From NCBI GenBank assembly GCA_036270055.1, contig DATBDG010000155.1, forward strand, positions 13,863 through 77,862: a DNA stretch of 64,000 bases, in the 5' to 3' direction. Numbering within the stretch: position 1 is the first letter of the stretch; each line of letters begins with the position of its first letter. The stretch comes from Chthoniobacterales bacterium (GTDB lineage Bacteria > Verrucomicrobiota > Verrucomicrobiia > Chthoniobacterales > UBA10450). Shown piece after piece: positions 38,316 through 49,451 of this stretch. Both the position numbers and the translations under genes were made by a program. The notes below the pieces were generated by a model. The model was not told the DNA's origin and searched no databases. It worked only from the letters and a program-made list of their open reading frames with translations.

Positions 38316-39251
38316 ATGACTTCCGACGCGATCAAAGTCGAACGTCCCACGACCAACTCGAAGATTTTCGCGTTCAGTCGCTGGGACGCTCTCCCCGCGC
38401 TCGCCGGACTTCTCCATCTCGCCTACTTTTTCGCGCTCTTCTTCCTCTACCCGCGCACGCCGCTCTGGATCATGCTCATCCTTGGCTTCATCTACGCGCT
38501 CATGATCAACGCCAACATCAACGGCGTGGCGCATAACTTTATTCACAACCCCTTCTTCCGCGCCCCGCTCCTCAACCGCCTTTTCGGCATCGTCGAGTCA
38601 GTCGCCTGCTGTTTTTCGCAGACCTATTACGACGTCGTTCATCTCCAGCACCACAAGGGAAACAGCGATCGCAAGGACGAAACGGGCGAGACGATCGATT
38701 GGCTCTCGATCTACCGGCACGGTCATGACGACGAGCCGGAGAACCCGTGGAGCTACGTTTTCCTCAGCTTTTTCCGCGACAACCCGGCCGCGATCAAACG
38801 CGAGCTGAGGAAGCGTGGCGAAGTGGAGGTGCGCTGGGGCAACACCGAGCTGGCGGCGGTCGTGGTCACGCTGCTGACGATGTTCTTTTTCAACTGGCGC
38901 TATGTCGTCTTCTACTTTCTGCCGTTCTTCTATCTCGGGCATTGCTTCAGTTATCTGAACGGCTACTTCCGCCATTACGGGGCCGATCCCGAGAAGCCGA
39001 TCGCCTGGGGCGTGAGCAGCTACGGCAAAATCTACAACTGGCTTTTCTTCTACAACGGCTACCACGCCGAGCATCATTTCCGGCCCAAGGTGCATTGGAC
39101 AAAAATGGAAGAGTTCCACCAGCAGATCGCTGACCTGCAGCGCGCGGAAGGCGTGCGCGTGATCGAGCACGCCCACATGCTCGGCTTCCTCGATCCTAAT
39201 CTCCCACCGCGCAAAGGCAGCGGCCGCGCGCCGGCGACCGCCGCTTCGTAG
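38316..39251 (+). CDS. Membrane fatty-acid desaturase family protein
   Basis: Three His boxes (HNFIH, HLQHHKGN, HAEHH) and TM segments. ATG at 38316 inside ORF 38169..39251. Confidence 0.8.
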   Translation: MTSDAIKVERPTTNSKIFAFSRWDALPALAGLLHLAYFFALFFLYPRTPLWIMLILGFIYALMINANINGVAHNFIHNPFFRAPLLNRLFGIVESVACCFSQTYYDVVHLQHHKGNSDRKDETGETIDWLSIYRHGHDDEPENPWSYVFLSFFRDNPAAIKRELRKRGEVEVRWGNTELAAVVVTLLTMFFFNWRYVVFYFLPFFYLGHCFSYLNGYFRHYGADPEKPIAWGVSSYGKIYNWLFFYNGYHAEHHFRPKVHWTKMEEFHQQIADLQRAEGVRVIEHAHMLGFLDPNLPPRKGSGRAPATAAS

Positions 39252-39366
39252 CAGCGGCCTGTAGACGCTTCGCTGTGCGAAGCGCGAGAGTGACTCCCAT
39301 TTTTGAAGATAACTCTTGTCAACCACCCGCAGACTCGTGTCGCCCACAGGGCGACCTCCACAACCC

Positions 39367-40902
39367 CTACTTCGCGGCCGATAGAAGATTATGTCCCGTC
39401 ATCTCCTCTGGTTGCGGCAGCCCCAGCAGGAAAAGCAATGTCGGTGCGATGTCGGCCAGAATGCCGTTTTCGAGCCGGAACTTCTTCGCGTCCTCCGCCA
39501 CGTAGATCAGATGCACCAGATTGGTCGTATGCGCGGTGTTAGGCGAGCCATCAGGATTGCGCATCAGCTCGCAATTGCCGTGGTCCGCGGTGATGAGCAA
39601 TTTTCCGCCTAACGACAGCACCACCGGCACGAGCCGGGCGAGACAGGCGTCGATGGTTTCGACCGCTTTCACCCCGGCTTCCACCACCCCGGTGTGGCCG
39701 ACCATGTCGGGATTGGCGTAGTTCAGGATGATGAGGTCATACCGATCGAGCCGCCTCAGGACTTCATCGGTTACCTCGACCGCGCTCATCTCCGGCTGGA
39801 GATCGTAAGTCGCGACTTTGGGGGAAGGAATAATCTTCCGATCCTCTCCTGTCGCCGCTTTCTCAACTCCGCCGTTAAAAAAATAGGTGACGTGCGGATA
39901 TTTCTCCGTCTCGGCGATCCGCAGTTGCTTCCTGCCTGCCGCGCTCACCACGTCGTCGAGAATATTCTTGAGCGACTGCGGCTCGAAAATGATCGGGCAT
40001 TGGTAGGTCACGTCGTACGCCGTCATCGTGACGTAATACACCCGCGGCCAGACTTCGCGGTCGAAGCCATCGAAATTCTCGAACAGAAACGCCTGGGAAA
40101 GCTGCCGGGCGCGGTCAGCCCGGAAATTGAAGAAGATGACGGTATCGCCGTCGCGAATCCGCTGCTCGTTAGGCTCGGCAAAGATCAGCGCCGGCATGAA
40201 CTCGTCCGTCTTCCCCGCCGCGTAATGTCGGCTGACGGCGGCGGACGGTTGGTCTTCGCACACTTCCCCCCGCCCGAGGACGATCGCGTCCCAGGCCAGC
40301 TTCGTCCGATCCCAGCGCCGGTCGCGGTCCATCGCGAAGTAGCGCCCGACGACTGTGATGATGCGCGCCCCGCTCTTTGCCAACTGGGCCGCGCAGGTCG
40401 TCAGGTAATCGGCGCCACCGGTCGGCGACGTGTCGCGGCCATCGGTGATGGCATGCACGACGAGGTTCTCGACCCCGGCCTCCTTCGCCGCCGCTGCCAG
40501 CGCGATGAGATGATCGTAATGGCTGTGCACTCCGCCGTTGGAGACCAGCCCGATGAAATGCAGTCGCCCGGTCTTGGCCTTGTCGAACGCTTCCCGCAAA
40601 ACATCGTTCTTCTTCAGTTCGCCTTCCGCAATTGCCTTGTTGATCCGGGTCAGGTCCTGATAAACGATCCGGCCCGCGCCGAGGTTGAGATGGCCGACCT
40701 CGGAATTGCCCATCTGCCCCGCCGGCAGCCCGACGTCTTCGCCGCTCGCGCTCAGGGTCGCGCCCGGATAGTCACGATAAAGCTGGTCGTGAAAGGGCGT
40801 GTGCGCGAGCAGGGTCGCGTCCCCGTTCTTTTCCGCCTGCGCTTTTCCGCCCGGGTTGATTCCCCATCCATCGCGGATGACCAAAACGATCGGCTTTGCC
40901 AT
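39367..40902 (-). CDS. gpmI: 2,3-bisphosphoglycerate-independent phosphoglycerate mutase
   Basis: MAKPIVLVIRDGWG..MGNSEVGHLNLGAGRIVYQDL..SNGGVHSH..ADHGN.. conserved iPGM motifs. ATG at 40902. Confidence 0.93.
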   Translation of the reverse strand: MAKPIVLVIRDGWGINPGGKAQAEKNGDATLLAHTPFHDQLYRDYPGATLSASGEDVGLPAGQMGNSEVGHLNLGAGRIVYQDLTRINKAIAEGELKKNDVLREAFDKAKTGRLHFIGLVSNGGVHSHYDHLIALAAAAKEAGVENLVVHAITDGRDTSPTGGADYLTTCAAQLAKSGARIITVVGRYFAMDRDRRWDRTKLAWDAIVLGRGEVCEDQPSAAVSRHYAAGKTDEFMPALIFAEPNEQRIRDGDTVIFFNFRADRARQLSQAFLFENFDGFDREVWPRVYYVTMTAYDVTYQCPIIFEPQSLKNILDDVVSAAGRKQLRIAETEKYPHVTYFFNGGVEKAATGEDRKIIPSPKVATYDLQPEMSAVEVTDEVLRRLDRYDLIILNYANPDMVGHTGVVEAGVKAVETIDACLARLVPVVLSLGGKLLITADHGNCELMRNPDGSPNTAHTTNLVHLIYVAEDAKKFRLENGILADIAPTLLFLLGLPQPEEMTGHNLLSAAK

Positions 40903-40997
40903 AGAGCGCACTCTCCCGGCGGGCGCCCCCGCCCTCAAGCGGTTTCCGACGGCTGCGGGATTGACAAGGCCGCCCGCCGCTCGCTCTATGCCGGTGC

Positions 40998-42257
40998 ATG
41001 AAATGGCGTAACCAGATCCTGGCGCTCCTCTGCCTCTTGATCTTTATCGCCTTCGGCTTTCTCTATTTTCAGCACTGGGTGGTGCAAAAGCCCTTCGGTA
41101 TCGTTCTTTTCATAGGCGAAGGCCTGACCGCCGACCGGGTGGCCGCGACCCGCGCCTACGCGGGTGGCGCGACCTCACGGCTCACGATCGAATCGCTCCC
41201 GGCCATGGCGTTGCTGAGCAATTACTCGCAGGATTTCGCCGTCCCCGACGAAGCGGCCGCCGCCACCGCGCTCGCCACCGGAGCGAAGGTAAACAATCGC
41301 AGCCTGGGGATTGGGCCTAACGACAAGCGGCTCCTCACCATCATCGATCTGGCGCGGGAAAATGGACGCGCCATTGGCGTCGTGGCCAATGGCAGGCTCT
41401 CCGATCCGACCATCGCCGCTTTCTACGCCAGCGGTCAGGGCGACGTCCTGCAGCAGTTGGCCGAGAAAAAAAAAGTCGACATCGCGCTTGGCGGCGGACT
41501 TGAAAATTTCCTCCCGGAAGCGAAACGGGGACGGCGCACCGATGGCCGCGATCTCGTCCTCGAGATGCGGCGCAACGGTTATGAGATCGTGCGGACTAAC
41601 GCCGAACTGGAAGCCATCCCGCAATGGCGCCGGCCGAAGCTGCTCGGTCTTTTCAGCCAAGGCGAAATGGCCTACGCGAATGAAATCGCCGCGGGAAGCG
41701 AACAGCCGGCCCTGGCCGACATGACGCGACGCGCGATTCAGTTGCTGCAATGGAACGCGAGCGGTTACCTCCTCATCGTCGACGCCGGGCTCATGCGCAC
41801 CGCGGCCCGGGAAAATCGCGGCGAACGCACCCTGGCCGAAACTCTCGAACTGGACCGGGCGGTCGCGGTCGCGCGCAGTTATATGGGCAAAAATTCGATG
41901 ATTTTGGTGACGGGAAATCTCGGGATCGGCGGACTCTCGCTCAACGGGTACCCATTCCGGCGCGACAGCGGGGTCGGGCTTCTTGGCATCAACTCATCGG
42001 GTGAACCGGCGTTGACCTGGGCGACCGGCCCTAACGGCATCACCATGCCGCCCGCGCCGCCCACGACTGAAACGCCGCCGCCGCCCGGGGAAGGCCCAGT
42101 GCCAAACAGCGTGCAGGAGCCAGCCGCGGCCTATGCTCCGTGGGCGCGCAACACCCTGGACGATGTGCTGGCGGCGGGAAGCGGCCAGGGAACCGAATCG
42201 CTCCACGGATTCCTCGACAACACGGTGATTTTCAAAATCATCGCCGAGCAGTTGTGA
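40998..42257 (+). CDS. Alkaline phosphatase family protein with degenerate catalytic residues (probable pseudo-enzyme)
   Basis: N-terminal TM/signal. Overall PhoA-like order, but GDGMG is GEGLT, D-S-A-A is DEAAAATALATG (nucleophile Ser replaced by Glu) and VTADHAH is VTGNLGIG. Confidence 0.75.
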   Translation: MKWRNQILALLCLLIFIAFGFLYFQHWVVQKPFGIVLFIGEGLTADRVAATRAYAGGATSRLTIESLPAMALLSNYSQDFAVPDEAAAATALATGAKVNNRSLGIGPNDKRLLTIIDLARENGRAIGVVANGRLSDPTIAAFYASGQGDVLQQLAEKKKVDIALGGGLENFLPEAKRGRRTDGRDLVLEMRRNGYEIVRTNAELEAIPQWRRPKLLGLFSQGEMAYANEIAAGSEQPALADMTRRAIQLLQWNASGYLLIVDAGLMRTAARENRGERTLAETLELDRAVAVARSYMGKNSMILVTGNLGIGGLSLNGYPFRRDSGVGLLGINSSGEPALTWATGPNGITMPPAPPTTETPPPPGEGPVPNSVQEPAAAYAPWARNTLDDVLAAGSGQGTESLHGFLDNTVIFKIIAEQL

Positions 42258-42347
42258 ATGTGGACGCTTCGCTCCGCCTCGCTTTCCCTGCCTATTTTCA
42301 ATATGGGTCCACTCAGCACTAAATAGGTCGCTTCCGCAGGGAGGCGT

Positions 42348-42713
42348 CTACACCGGCAGATCGGCCGCCTGCCAGGCCCGGAAACCGCCGCTCATCGAAC
42401 GGACATTGCGGTAGCCCATCTTTTGCAGGCTCTCCGCCACGAGCGCCGACCGGCTCCCGCCGCCGCAATAACAGATGATGCGCTGGTCGAGGTCCGGCAC
42501 CAGCTCCTCGATCTCGACTTCAACCTCGCCGCGGTTGAGATGCTTCGCACCGCGGGCGTGACCGGCTTTCCAGTCTTCATCCGCGCGCACATCGATGAGG
42601 AGCGCGGCGCCGCAGCCGGCTTCGTGCATGGCGTCGTTAGGCGAAATTTCCTGGATGTTCTTCTTTGCTTCCGCGACCAGTTTTTGAAAACGACTTGGTT
42701 GCTCCATCTCCAT
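42348..42713 (-). CDS. Rhodanese-like sulfurtransferase domain protein
   Basis: ..LIDVRADEDWKAGHARGAKHL.. and active-site loop ..ICYCGGGSRSA... Confidence 0.85.
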   Translation of the reverse strand: MEMEQPSRFQKLVAEAKKNIQEISPNDAMHEAGCGAALLIDVRADEDWKAGHARGAKHLNRGEVEVEIEELVPDLDQRIICYCGGGSRSALVAESLQKMGYRNVRSMSGGFRAWQAADLPV

Positions 42714-42795
42714 TCCTTAGGCCGCGGCGCTCTCTTTGTCATCCCGATCCGGCGGAGCGCGGAGAGGGACCTCACAATTGGGGGCACGCCCTCAA

Positions 42796-44009
42796 TCATT
42801 CGTAGCGCAGAGCTTCGATTGGATCGAGGCGGGAGGCCTCGCGCGCGGGATAAAAGCCGAAGAAGATCCCGACCGCCGCGCTGAATAGAAAGGCGACGAT
42901 GATCGAGGTCACGGAAATCAGCGTCGGCCAATCGGCCACGACCGAGAGGACCTGCGAAGCAGCGAGCCCGAGGATGATGCCGATGACCCCGCCGATCGAG
43001 CTCAGGGTCACGGCTTCGATCAGGAACTGGGTGAGAATATCACGCGCGTGCGCGCCGACCGCGAGGCGCACGCCAATCTCGCGCGTCCGCTCCGTCACAC
43101 TGACGAGCATGATGTTCATGATCCCGATCCCGCCCACGACTAACGACACGCTGGCGATCGCGCCTAACAACAAGCTCATGACCCGTGAAGTGGCGGTGGC
43201 GGTCTCCGCAATCTCCTGCTGGTTGCGGACGGTGAAATCGTCGTCCCGCCCGGGGCGGATGTTGTGTCGCTGGCGGAGGAGCTCTGTGATCTGTTGTTGC
43301 GCCGGACCGAGATCGTCAGGCGAACCGACTTGGACGTTGATTCCGCGCAGGGTGCTGCCGCCGATGACGCGTTTCATCGCGCTCGTGTAGGGCATGATGA
43401 CGATATCGTCCTGGTCGGGTCCCTGCGGACTCAGGCCCTTGGGCGTGAGGACGCCGGTCACGAGGAACGGCACACCCTGGATGCGCAGCACCTGGCCGAT
43501 CGGATTTTCCGAGCCGAAGACCTGGCTCGCGGTCGTCCGCCCGATGACACAACCCTTGTTTGCGCTCCGCACATCCTGCGGGGTGAAAATCGCACCCTCG
43601 CTCAACGGCCATTGCCGGATGTCGAAATATTCCGGCGACTCTCCATAAATGCGGGTGAACCAGTTCTGGTTCCCGGCCGAGACCTGGCGGGTCGAAATGA
43701 CTTCTTCGCTGACCGCAATCACGCCCGGCACTTCGCGGCGGATCGCTTCCGCGTCTTCAATCTTCAAGGTGCCAGCGCTCCCCCAACCGGTCCGGATGCC
43801 GCTCGATGTGACGCTTCCGGAAAAAATCAGGATCACATTTTCGCCCAGGCTGGCGATCTGTTGTTCGACCTGAGCCTTGGCCCCGTTGCCGATGCTGACC
43901 ATCGCGATGACGGCGGCGACGCCGATGATGATGCCGAGGGCGGTCAGAACCGAGCGCATCTTGTTTCGGCGCAAAGCCCGAAAGGCGATCTTGAAAGTGG
44001 ACTCGAATT

Positions 44010-44013
<4 letters not shown>
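42796..44013 (-). CDS. MacB-like ABC transporter permease (FtsX domain with periplasmic MacB_PCD)
   Basis: 405 aa. N-terminal TM, large periplasmic domain, C-terminal ..[42 protein letters not shown]. Confidence 0.9.
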
Positions 44014-44759
<746 letters not shown>

Positions 44760-44769
44760 GGACGCGGCG

Positions 44770-45936
44770 CTAAAACCGGCGCCGCCCGCCGGTGAAAGGA
44801 TTATTGGCCTGTCGCTCGGCTTCGGAGGCTTTGCCGGTGACCGCGGTTACGACCTGATCGCCTTCCTTCAAGCCTGCCTGAACTTCGGTGAAAATTCCGT
44901 CGCTGATCCCAGTTTTGATCTGCACCGCCGTCGGGCCGGAGCCGCGCAGGACATAAACCGTGCGCTCGGTCTGATGCTCGCCCGGTTTGCCTCGCCTTCC
45001 ACGCGTTCCGATCGGCGGCGGGGTCGCATCCGGCGGCCGGAAGCGCAGAGCGGCGTTGCTGATCCGCAGGACATTGTCGCGTTGCGCGCCGACGATCGAG
45101 ACGTTGGCGGTCATGCCGGGCTTGAGTTTCAGGTCGGCGTTGTTGACCCCGATGACCGTGTCGTAAGTGACTACGTTCTGCACCGTGGTCGGCGCGTTGC
45201 GCACCTGCACGACTTCTCCGTGAAAGGTGCGGCGCGGAAAAGCGTCGACCGTAAAATCCACCTTCTGCCCGACCTCGACCGTCCCGATATCCGCCTCCGC
45301 GACCGCGGCGTCGATCTGCATCTTCGCGAGATCATTCGCGATCGTGAAAATGACCGGCGCGCTCAGGCTGGCGGCGACGGTCTGGCCGACATCGACGCTG
45401 CGCGAGATGACGATGCCGTCGATCGGCGAGATGATCGTGCAATGATCGAGATCGACCTTCGCCTTTTGCAGCGCGCCTTCCTTGATCTTCACGTTCGCCT
45501 CCGCCTGGTGGAGGGTGGCGTTGGCCTGGTCGAGCTCGGACTGCGACGAGTTCTGTTTCTTCACCAGCTCCTCCATTCGTTTCTGGGTGAGCTGGGCCAA
45601 TTCCAGAGCCGCCTTGGCGTTGTCAAGATCGCCTTGCGCCTGCATGACCGCCGCCTGAAATACGGCCGGATCGATTTCCGCCACGACCTGTCCGGCTTTC
45701 ACGGGCGAGTTAAAATCGACCACCAGTTTTCGGATGTTGCCGGAAATCTGGCTGCCCACCTGCACGTTTACGACCGGATTGAGCGTGCCGGTCGCGCTCA
45801 CCGCCTGGGTGATCGAGCCGCGCATGACCGCGGCAGTTTGGTACTCGTTAGTCCCCGCGCCTCCACACTGACGCAAAGCAAAGAGCGCGACGAGAACGGC
45901 CAACGCCGCCACCACGATGAGGATGATCCGCTTCAT
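44770..45936 (-). CDS. Efflux periplasmic adaptor subunit (MacA/HlyD family)
   Basis: Signal/anchor, barrel-sandwich, coiled-coil hairpin (..[25 protein letters not shown]..) and C-terminal beta domains. First gene of the macA-ATPase-permease operon. Confidence 0.9.
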   Translation of the reverse strand: MKRIILIVVAALAVLVALFALRQCGGAGTNEYQTAAVMRGSITQAVSATGTLNPVVNVQVGSQISGNIRKLVVDFNSPVKAGQVVAEIDPAVFQAAVMQAQGDLDNAKAALELAQLTQKRMEELVKKQNSSQSELDQANATLHQAEANVKIKEGALQKAKVDLDHCTIISPIDGIVISRSVDVGQTVAASLSAPVIFTIANDLAKMQIDAAVAEADIGTVEVGQKVDFTVDAFPRRTFHGEVVQVRNAPTTVQNVVTYDTVIGVNNADLKLKPGMTANVSIVGAQRDNVLRISNAALRFRPPDATPPPIGTRGRRGKPGEHQTERTVYVLRGSGPTAVQIKTGISDGIFTEVQAGLKEGDQVVTAVTGKASEAERQANNPFTGGRRRF

Positions 45937-46009
45937 GAAAAAAGGCCGACGACAAAGCGCCGGCGCGTATTATTGAGACCGTTCGGAAGGAAATTCGTTA
46001 CAAGAAAAC

Positions 46010-46804
46010 ATGCGCCGCTACTTCGAAATTTACTCGATCATGCTGCGCAACTCGCTCATTCGCGAGATGAGTTTCAAGGCCAACTTCATCCTCTGGATGA
46101 TCGTCGAGGTGCTCTGGTTTTGCGGCCAGATTTTGTTCTTCAGCATCATTTTCGGGCAGGTGAATCAGATCGGCGATTGGACGAAATGGGAGGTGGTTCT
46201 GCTCGTCGGGACGCATCAGATCATCGCGCAATTGTTCCAGGCATTTTTCTTCACGAACGTCGCGAATGTGCCCGAGCTGGTGCGGACCGGGAAGCTCGAT
46301 TCGCTCCTTGTTTTGCCAATCGACAGCCAGTTTGCCGTCTCAACGAAGCAGTTCGGGCTCGACAGCGTGATCAACGCTCTCATCGGCGCGTGCGTGGTTA
46401 TTTTTTCCCTGCGGCAGTTACATGTCGCGCCGGGGCCGTGGGCCATCCTGCTTTATTTCGTGGCAATCGGGTTCGGGGTCGCGATTCATTATTCGATCAT
46501 GCTCACGCTCGCGGCCGTCAGTTTCTGGATCGTGCGCGCGCAGGGGCTCGTTTACGGCTACTTCAATTTCCTCAATATCGCGCGCTACCCGGATGTGATT
46601 TTCCCGCAGCTTTTCCGCTGGGTTTTTGGCTGGATCATTCCGGTCATCATCGTCGCCAATATCCCCGCCCGGCTCCTCATCAAGTCGCTCGGACAACCGA
46701 CGTGGCTCATGTTTCATCTCATCGTCGCGGGATCGATCGCGGCTCTGATCAGCCGCGCTTTCTGGCGCTGGGCGCTCCGGCATTATTCCAGTGCCAGTTC
46801 CTGA
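46010..46804 (+). CDS. ABC-2 family membrane protein (DUF990-like permease)
   Basis: 264 aa with six hydrophobic segments. N-terminus MRRYFEIYSIMLRNSLIREMSFKANFILW.. is typical of this family. No partner ATPase is adjacent. Confidence 0.7.
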   Translation: MRRYFEIYSIMLRNSLIREMSFKANFILWMIVEVLWFCGQILFFSIIFGQVNQIGDWTKWEVVLLVGTHQIIAQLFQAFFFTNVANVPELVRTGKLDSLLVLPIDSQFAVSTKQFGLDSVINALIGACVVIFSLRQLHVAPGPWAILLYFVAIGFGVAIHYSIMLTLAAVSFWIVRAQGLVYGYFNFLNIARYPDVIFPQLFRWVFGWIIPVIIVANIPARLLIKSLGQPTWLMFHLIVAGSIAALISRAFWRWALRHYSSASS

Positions 46805-46941
46805 GGCGGGGCCAAAGGCGAATAGGCAAAAAACGGACCGTTGAAATCGCTCCGAAACCGCTTGCGCCAAATTCTAATTGCCCTTAATTAAGCCTCCCTC
46901 AATCCGGACGAGAAGCGAAAGCATCCCGACCCATTACCTTT

Positions 46942-47676
46942 ATGGCGCGTTCAACCAAGAAATCAGCACCAAAGAAGCCGGCCCGCAAAGCGGCACCTAA
47001 GAAAGCTGCGGCGCGCAAAGCCCCGGCCGCTAAGGCGAAGCCGACCCCGGCGCGAAAAGCGAAGCCGGCCAAGGCCGCGCCCGGCGGGAAGACCGCGAAG
47101 CTGAGCAAGTCGGCGCCCGTTCGGTCGGCGAATGGCAAAGCGCGGAAAGCGAACGGCAAAAACAACCAGACTTTCGCGATTATCAATCACAAGGAGAAGG
47201 AGCGCCGGCTCGATCCCTTTACCCGCGGGCAAAAGGAAAAGCTCCTGCAATTGCGCGACGCGATGGTCGATTCCATGGCCGGCGTGGCGCAGGACACCTT
47301 GCGCGCGCGCGCCGAGGGAAGCGAAGCCTCCGCCTTCGGAATGCACCAGGCCGATGCCGGGAGCGACGCCTACGATCGTGATTTCGCGCTCAGCCTTCTC
47401 TCCCAGGAACAGGACGCCCTTTACGAGATCGACGAAGCGCTGAAGCGGATCGAGCTCGGCACCTACGGCAAATGCGAGATGTCGGGTAAGCCGATCTCGC
47501 ATGCCCGGCTGGAGGCGATTCCCTTCGCCCGCTACACCGTCGAATGCCAGTCGCAGCTCGAGAAACAGAGCAAGGCTTCGCGCGTCCGGCAGTCGGTCAC
47601 TTCGCTTTTTGGCCTGACGGATGACGAGGCGCGGGAGAGCGAGGAAGAAGAAACCGTCGCAGACACGAAGGAATAA
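46942..47676 (+). CDS. DksA/TraR-family protein with N-terminal Lys/Ala/Pro-rich histone-H1-like tail and acidic C-terminus
   Basis: Residues 1-75 [41 protein letters not shown]... Core ..[66 protein letters not shown].. is DksA-like, with only two of the four usual Cys. Confidence 0.8.
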   Translation: MARSTKKSAPKKPARKAAPKKAAARKAPAAKAKPTPARKAKPAKAAPGGKTAKLSKSAPVRSANGKARKANGKNNQTFAIINHKEKERRLDPFTRGQKEKLLQLRDAMVDSMAGVAQDTLRARAEGSEASAFGMHQADAGSDAYDRDFALSLLSQEQDALYEIDEALKRIELGTYGKCEMSGKPISHARLEAIPFARYTVECQSQLEKQSKASRVRQSVTSLFGLTDDEARESEEEETVADTKE

Positions 47677-47681
47677 CGAAC

Positions 47682-47855
47682 ATGGCGCAGGAAATCATCA
47701 CCCTCGAATGCACGGAAGCGAAAGCGGCCGGCATGCCTCCCTCGCGTTACATGACGACGCGAAACAAGAAAAGCCCGCGGACGCCGAACCGGCTGGAAAA
47801 GAAAAAATATAATCCCTTCATGAAGCGGCACACGCTCCACCGGGAGACCAAGTAA
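47682..47855 (+). CDS. rpmG: 50S ribosomal protein L33
   Basis: 57-aa ORF not in the supplied track (below cutoff): [57 protein letters not shown]. Stop TAA at 47853-47855. Confidence 0.9.
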   Translation: MAQEIITLECTEAKAAGMPPSRYMTTRNKKSPRTPNRLEKKKYNPFMKRHTLHRETK

Positions 47856-47860
47856 TCAGC

Positions 47861-48100
47861 ATGCAACCGAAGACCGCCAAACGCCGTTCCGCCTTTCGCC
47901 GGGCCAACCGCACCATGCCGCGACGCCGGATCGATCTGGCGGCGGAAGCGATCGATTACAAGAACCCGGATTTGCTCCGCAAATTCGTGACCGAAAGCGG
48001 CAAGATTCTGCCCCGCCGCGTGACCGGAATGCCGGCCCATCTGCACCGCAAGATCACGCGCGAGATCAAGCGCAGCCGGTCGGTCTTGTTGATGAAGTAA
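47861..48100 (+). CDS. rpsR: 30S ribosomal protein S18
   Basis: ..[48 protein letters not shown] is classic S18. Confidence 0.92.
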   Translation: MQPKTAKRRSAFRRANRTMPRRRIDLAAEAIDYKNPDLLRKFVTESGKILPRRVTGMPAHLHRKITREIKRSRSVLLMK

Positions 48101-48262
48101 GCGCCTTCTCGCGCGCCGTTCCTATGGCCGCTTCGCTCTACGAAGCGCGGGTCGGCGGGTTGTCCGCAGCTCCGGCTTAGACTTTTCGGCGGACTCGCTC
48201 GCCCATTCCACAACTTTCGCGCCTCCCAGAACAGGAGTCCAAATTGCCGCGACCAGGTCGAG

Positions 48263-48592
48263 TTACGGGTGCGCGAACGCCGGCGGGCTCGTGGCTTCGA
48301 TCGCGCTGAAGGTCTCGATGATCTTGTAGGTGTGATTCGCGTTTTTCGGCACCGACCAAGAATCGCCCGGATTCAGGATCAGGGTCTGGCCTTCGAGATG
48401 GAGCTCGGCTTTGCCCTTGAGCACGTAGCCGACGGTCTCGTAGGGATGTTTTGAGATCGGTTTCTTATCGTTAGGCTTCTCGTTTTCCCAGAGCCGCATC
48501 GCGATGTGCACCCCGGAAGCGAGATACTTTTCGCCCTCCGGGCCGTGGGGCGAAAACTCCGATGTCACCTTGGTCACGCTGGTGTCTTTCAT
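48263..48592 (-). CDS. Cupin domain protein
   Basis: 109 aa. ..HPYETVGYVLKGKAELHLEGQTLILNPGDSWSVPKNANHTY.. cupin motifs. Confidence 0.8.
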   Translation of the reverse strand: MKDTSVTKVTSEFSPHGPEGEKYLASGVHIAMRLWENEKPNDKKPISKHPYETVGYVLKGKAELHLEGQTLILNPGDSWSVPKNANHTYKIIETFSAIEATSPPAFAHP

Positions 48593-48710
48593 CTCTAAGG
48601 ATTCGCACCCGCCGCGGCCTAAGGCCGTGCGGACAGGCGACCCATCGGCAACCGGACCAGGAAACCCCGGTCCGGTTGCTGAGGTCTAAATGCAGCAGCT
48701 CGGCTCGAGC

Positions 48711-49451
48711 TTACGGCAGGATCCGATCGGTCAGGGTGTCGTGATGGAGAGCAACGTGGTCACGAAGCTCGTACCAGCCACCCTGACCCTTGTTTGTTTG
48801 GGCGATGCTGTTCTTTTCGTTCTCGCCGAATTTTTCCCAGGAATCGTAGCGCACGAGTGCGAGGAAATTCCAAGGCGCGCCTTCGAGGTGCGCGAAGAGC
48901 GCGTTACCCGAGGAAGTGTCGCCCGGCGCCTGCTCGCTCAGCATCTTTTCCAGATCGTCACGATGACCGGGCGCAGCGCGATAATCCGAAACAACATAGA
49001 CCGACCCCGCGGTCTTGGCGGCATCGCCATCGAGGCCCATCTGTTTGGCAAACTCCGCCCACGGCGGGCCAGCCACATAGGTGTCGCCGTGCCATTCTCC
49101 GAGGCCGCGTTGTTGCGGCGTCATCGTGGGCCCGCCGGTCTCGACCGTGGCCTTGGCCCCCATATGCTCGATCGCGACATAATCCCAGGCGTCGCCATCC
49201 TGGTGACGCAGAATGATTCCCTTGGCGTTGGGATGCTGCGGGTCGGGCTCCTTTATCCAGTCGGCCAGTTCCTTGGCTTTGCCGAGGGCGGCTTTGACGA
49301 TGAAGACGTGATAGACATCGGTCCGCTTCGAAGCGGAAGCGTCCGCCGGTTTTTCAGACTTGGCCGCGGGGGCCGTGCCTTGGGCTTGCAGCACGCTCAA
49401 CGGCACAAGGCCGACGAGCGCGAGGATAAGAATACGAATGAATGAATGCAT
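48711..49451 (-). CDS. Hypothetical secreted protein
   Basis: ATG at 49451 (MHSFIRILILALVGLVPLSVLQAQG signal peptide) inside ORF 48711..49514. No family recognised. Confidence 0.6.
   Translation of the reverse strand: MHSFIRILILALVGLVPLSVLQAQGTAPAAKSEKPADASASKRTDVYHVFIVKAALGKAKELADWIKEPDPQHPNAKGIILRHQDGDAWDYVAIEHMGAKATVETGGPTMTPQQRGLGEWHGDTYVAGPPWAEFAKQMGLDGDAAKTAGSVYVVSDYRAAPGHRDDLEKMLSEQAPGDTSSGNALFAHLEGAPWNFLALVRYDSWEKFGENEKNSIAQTNKGQGGWYELRDHVALHHDTLTDRILP

Noticed and set aside
39252-39366. Hairpins (ACGCTTCGC-TGT-GCGAAGCG, GTCGCCC-ACA-GGGCGAC) between the convergent desaturase and gpmI genes, as bidirectional terminators
   Set aside because: The stems are short and only one is followed by a modest T-run. 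This is plausible but not strong enough to annotate. Related GCTTCGC motifs recur in other spacers (42258, 48125), so they may be generic repeat fragments.
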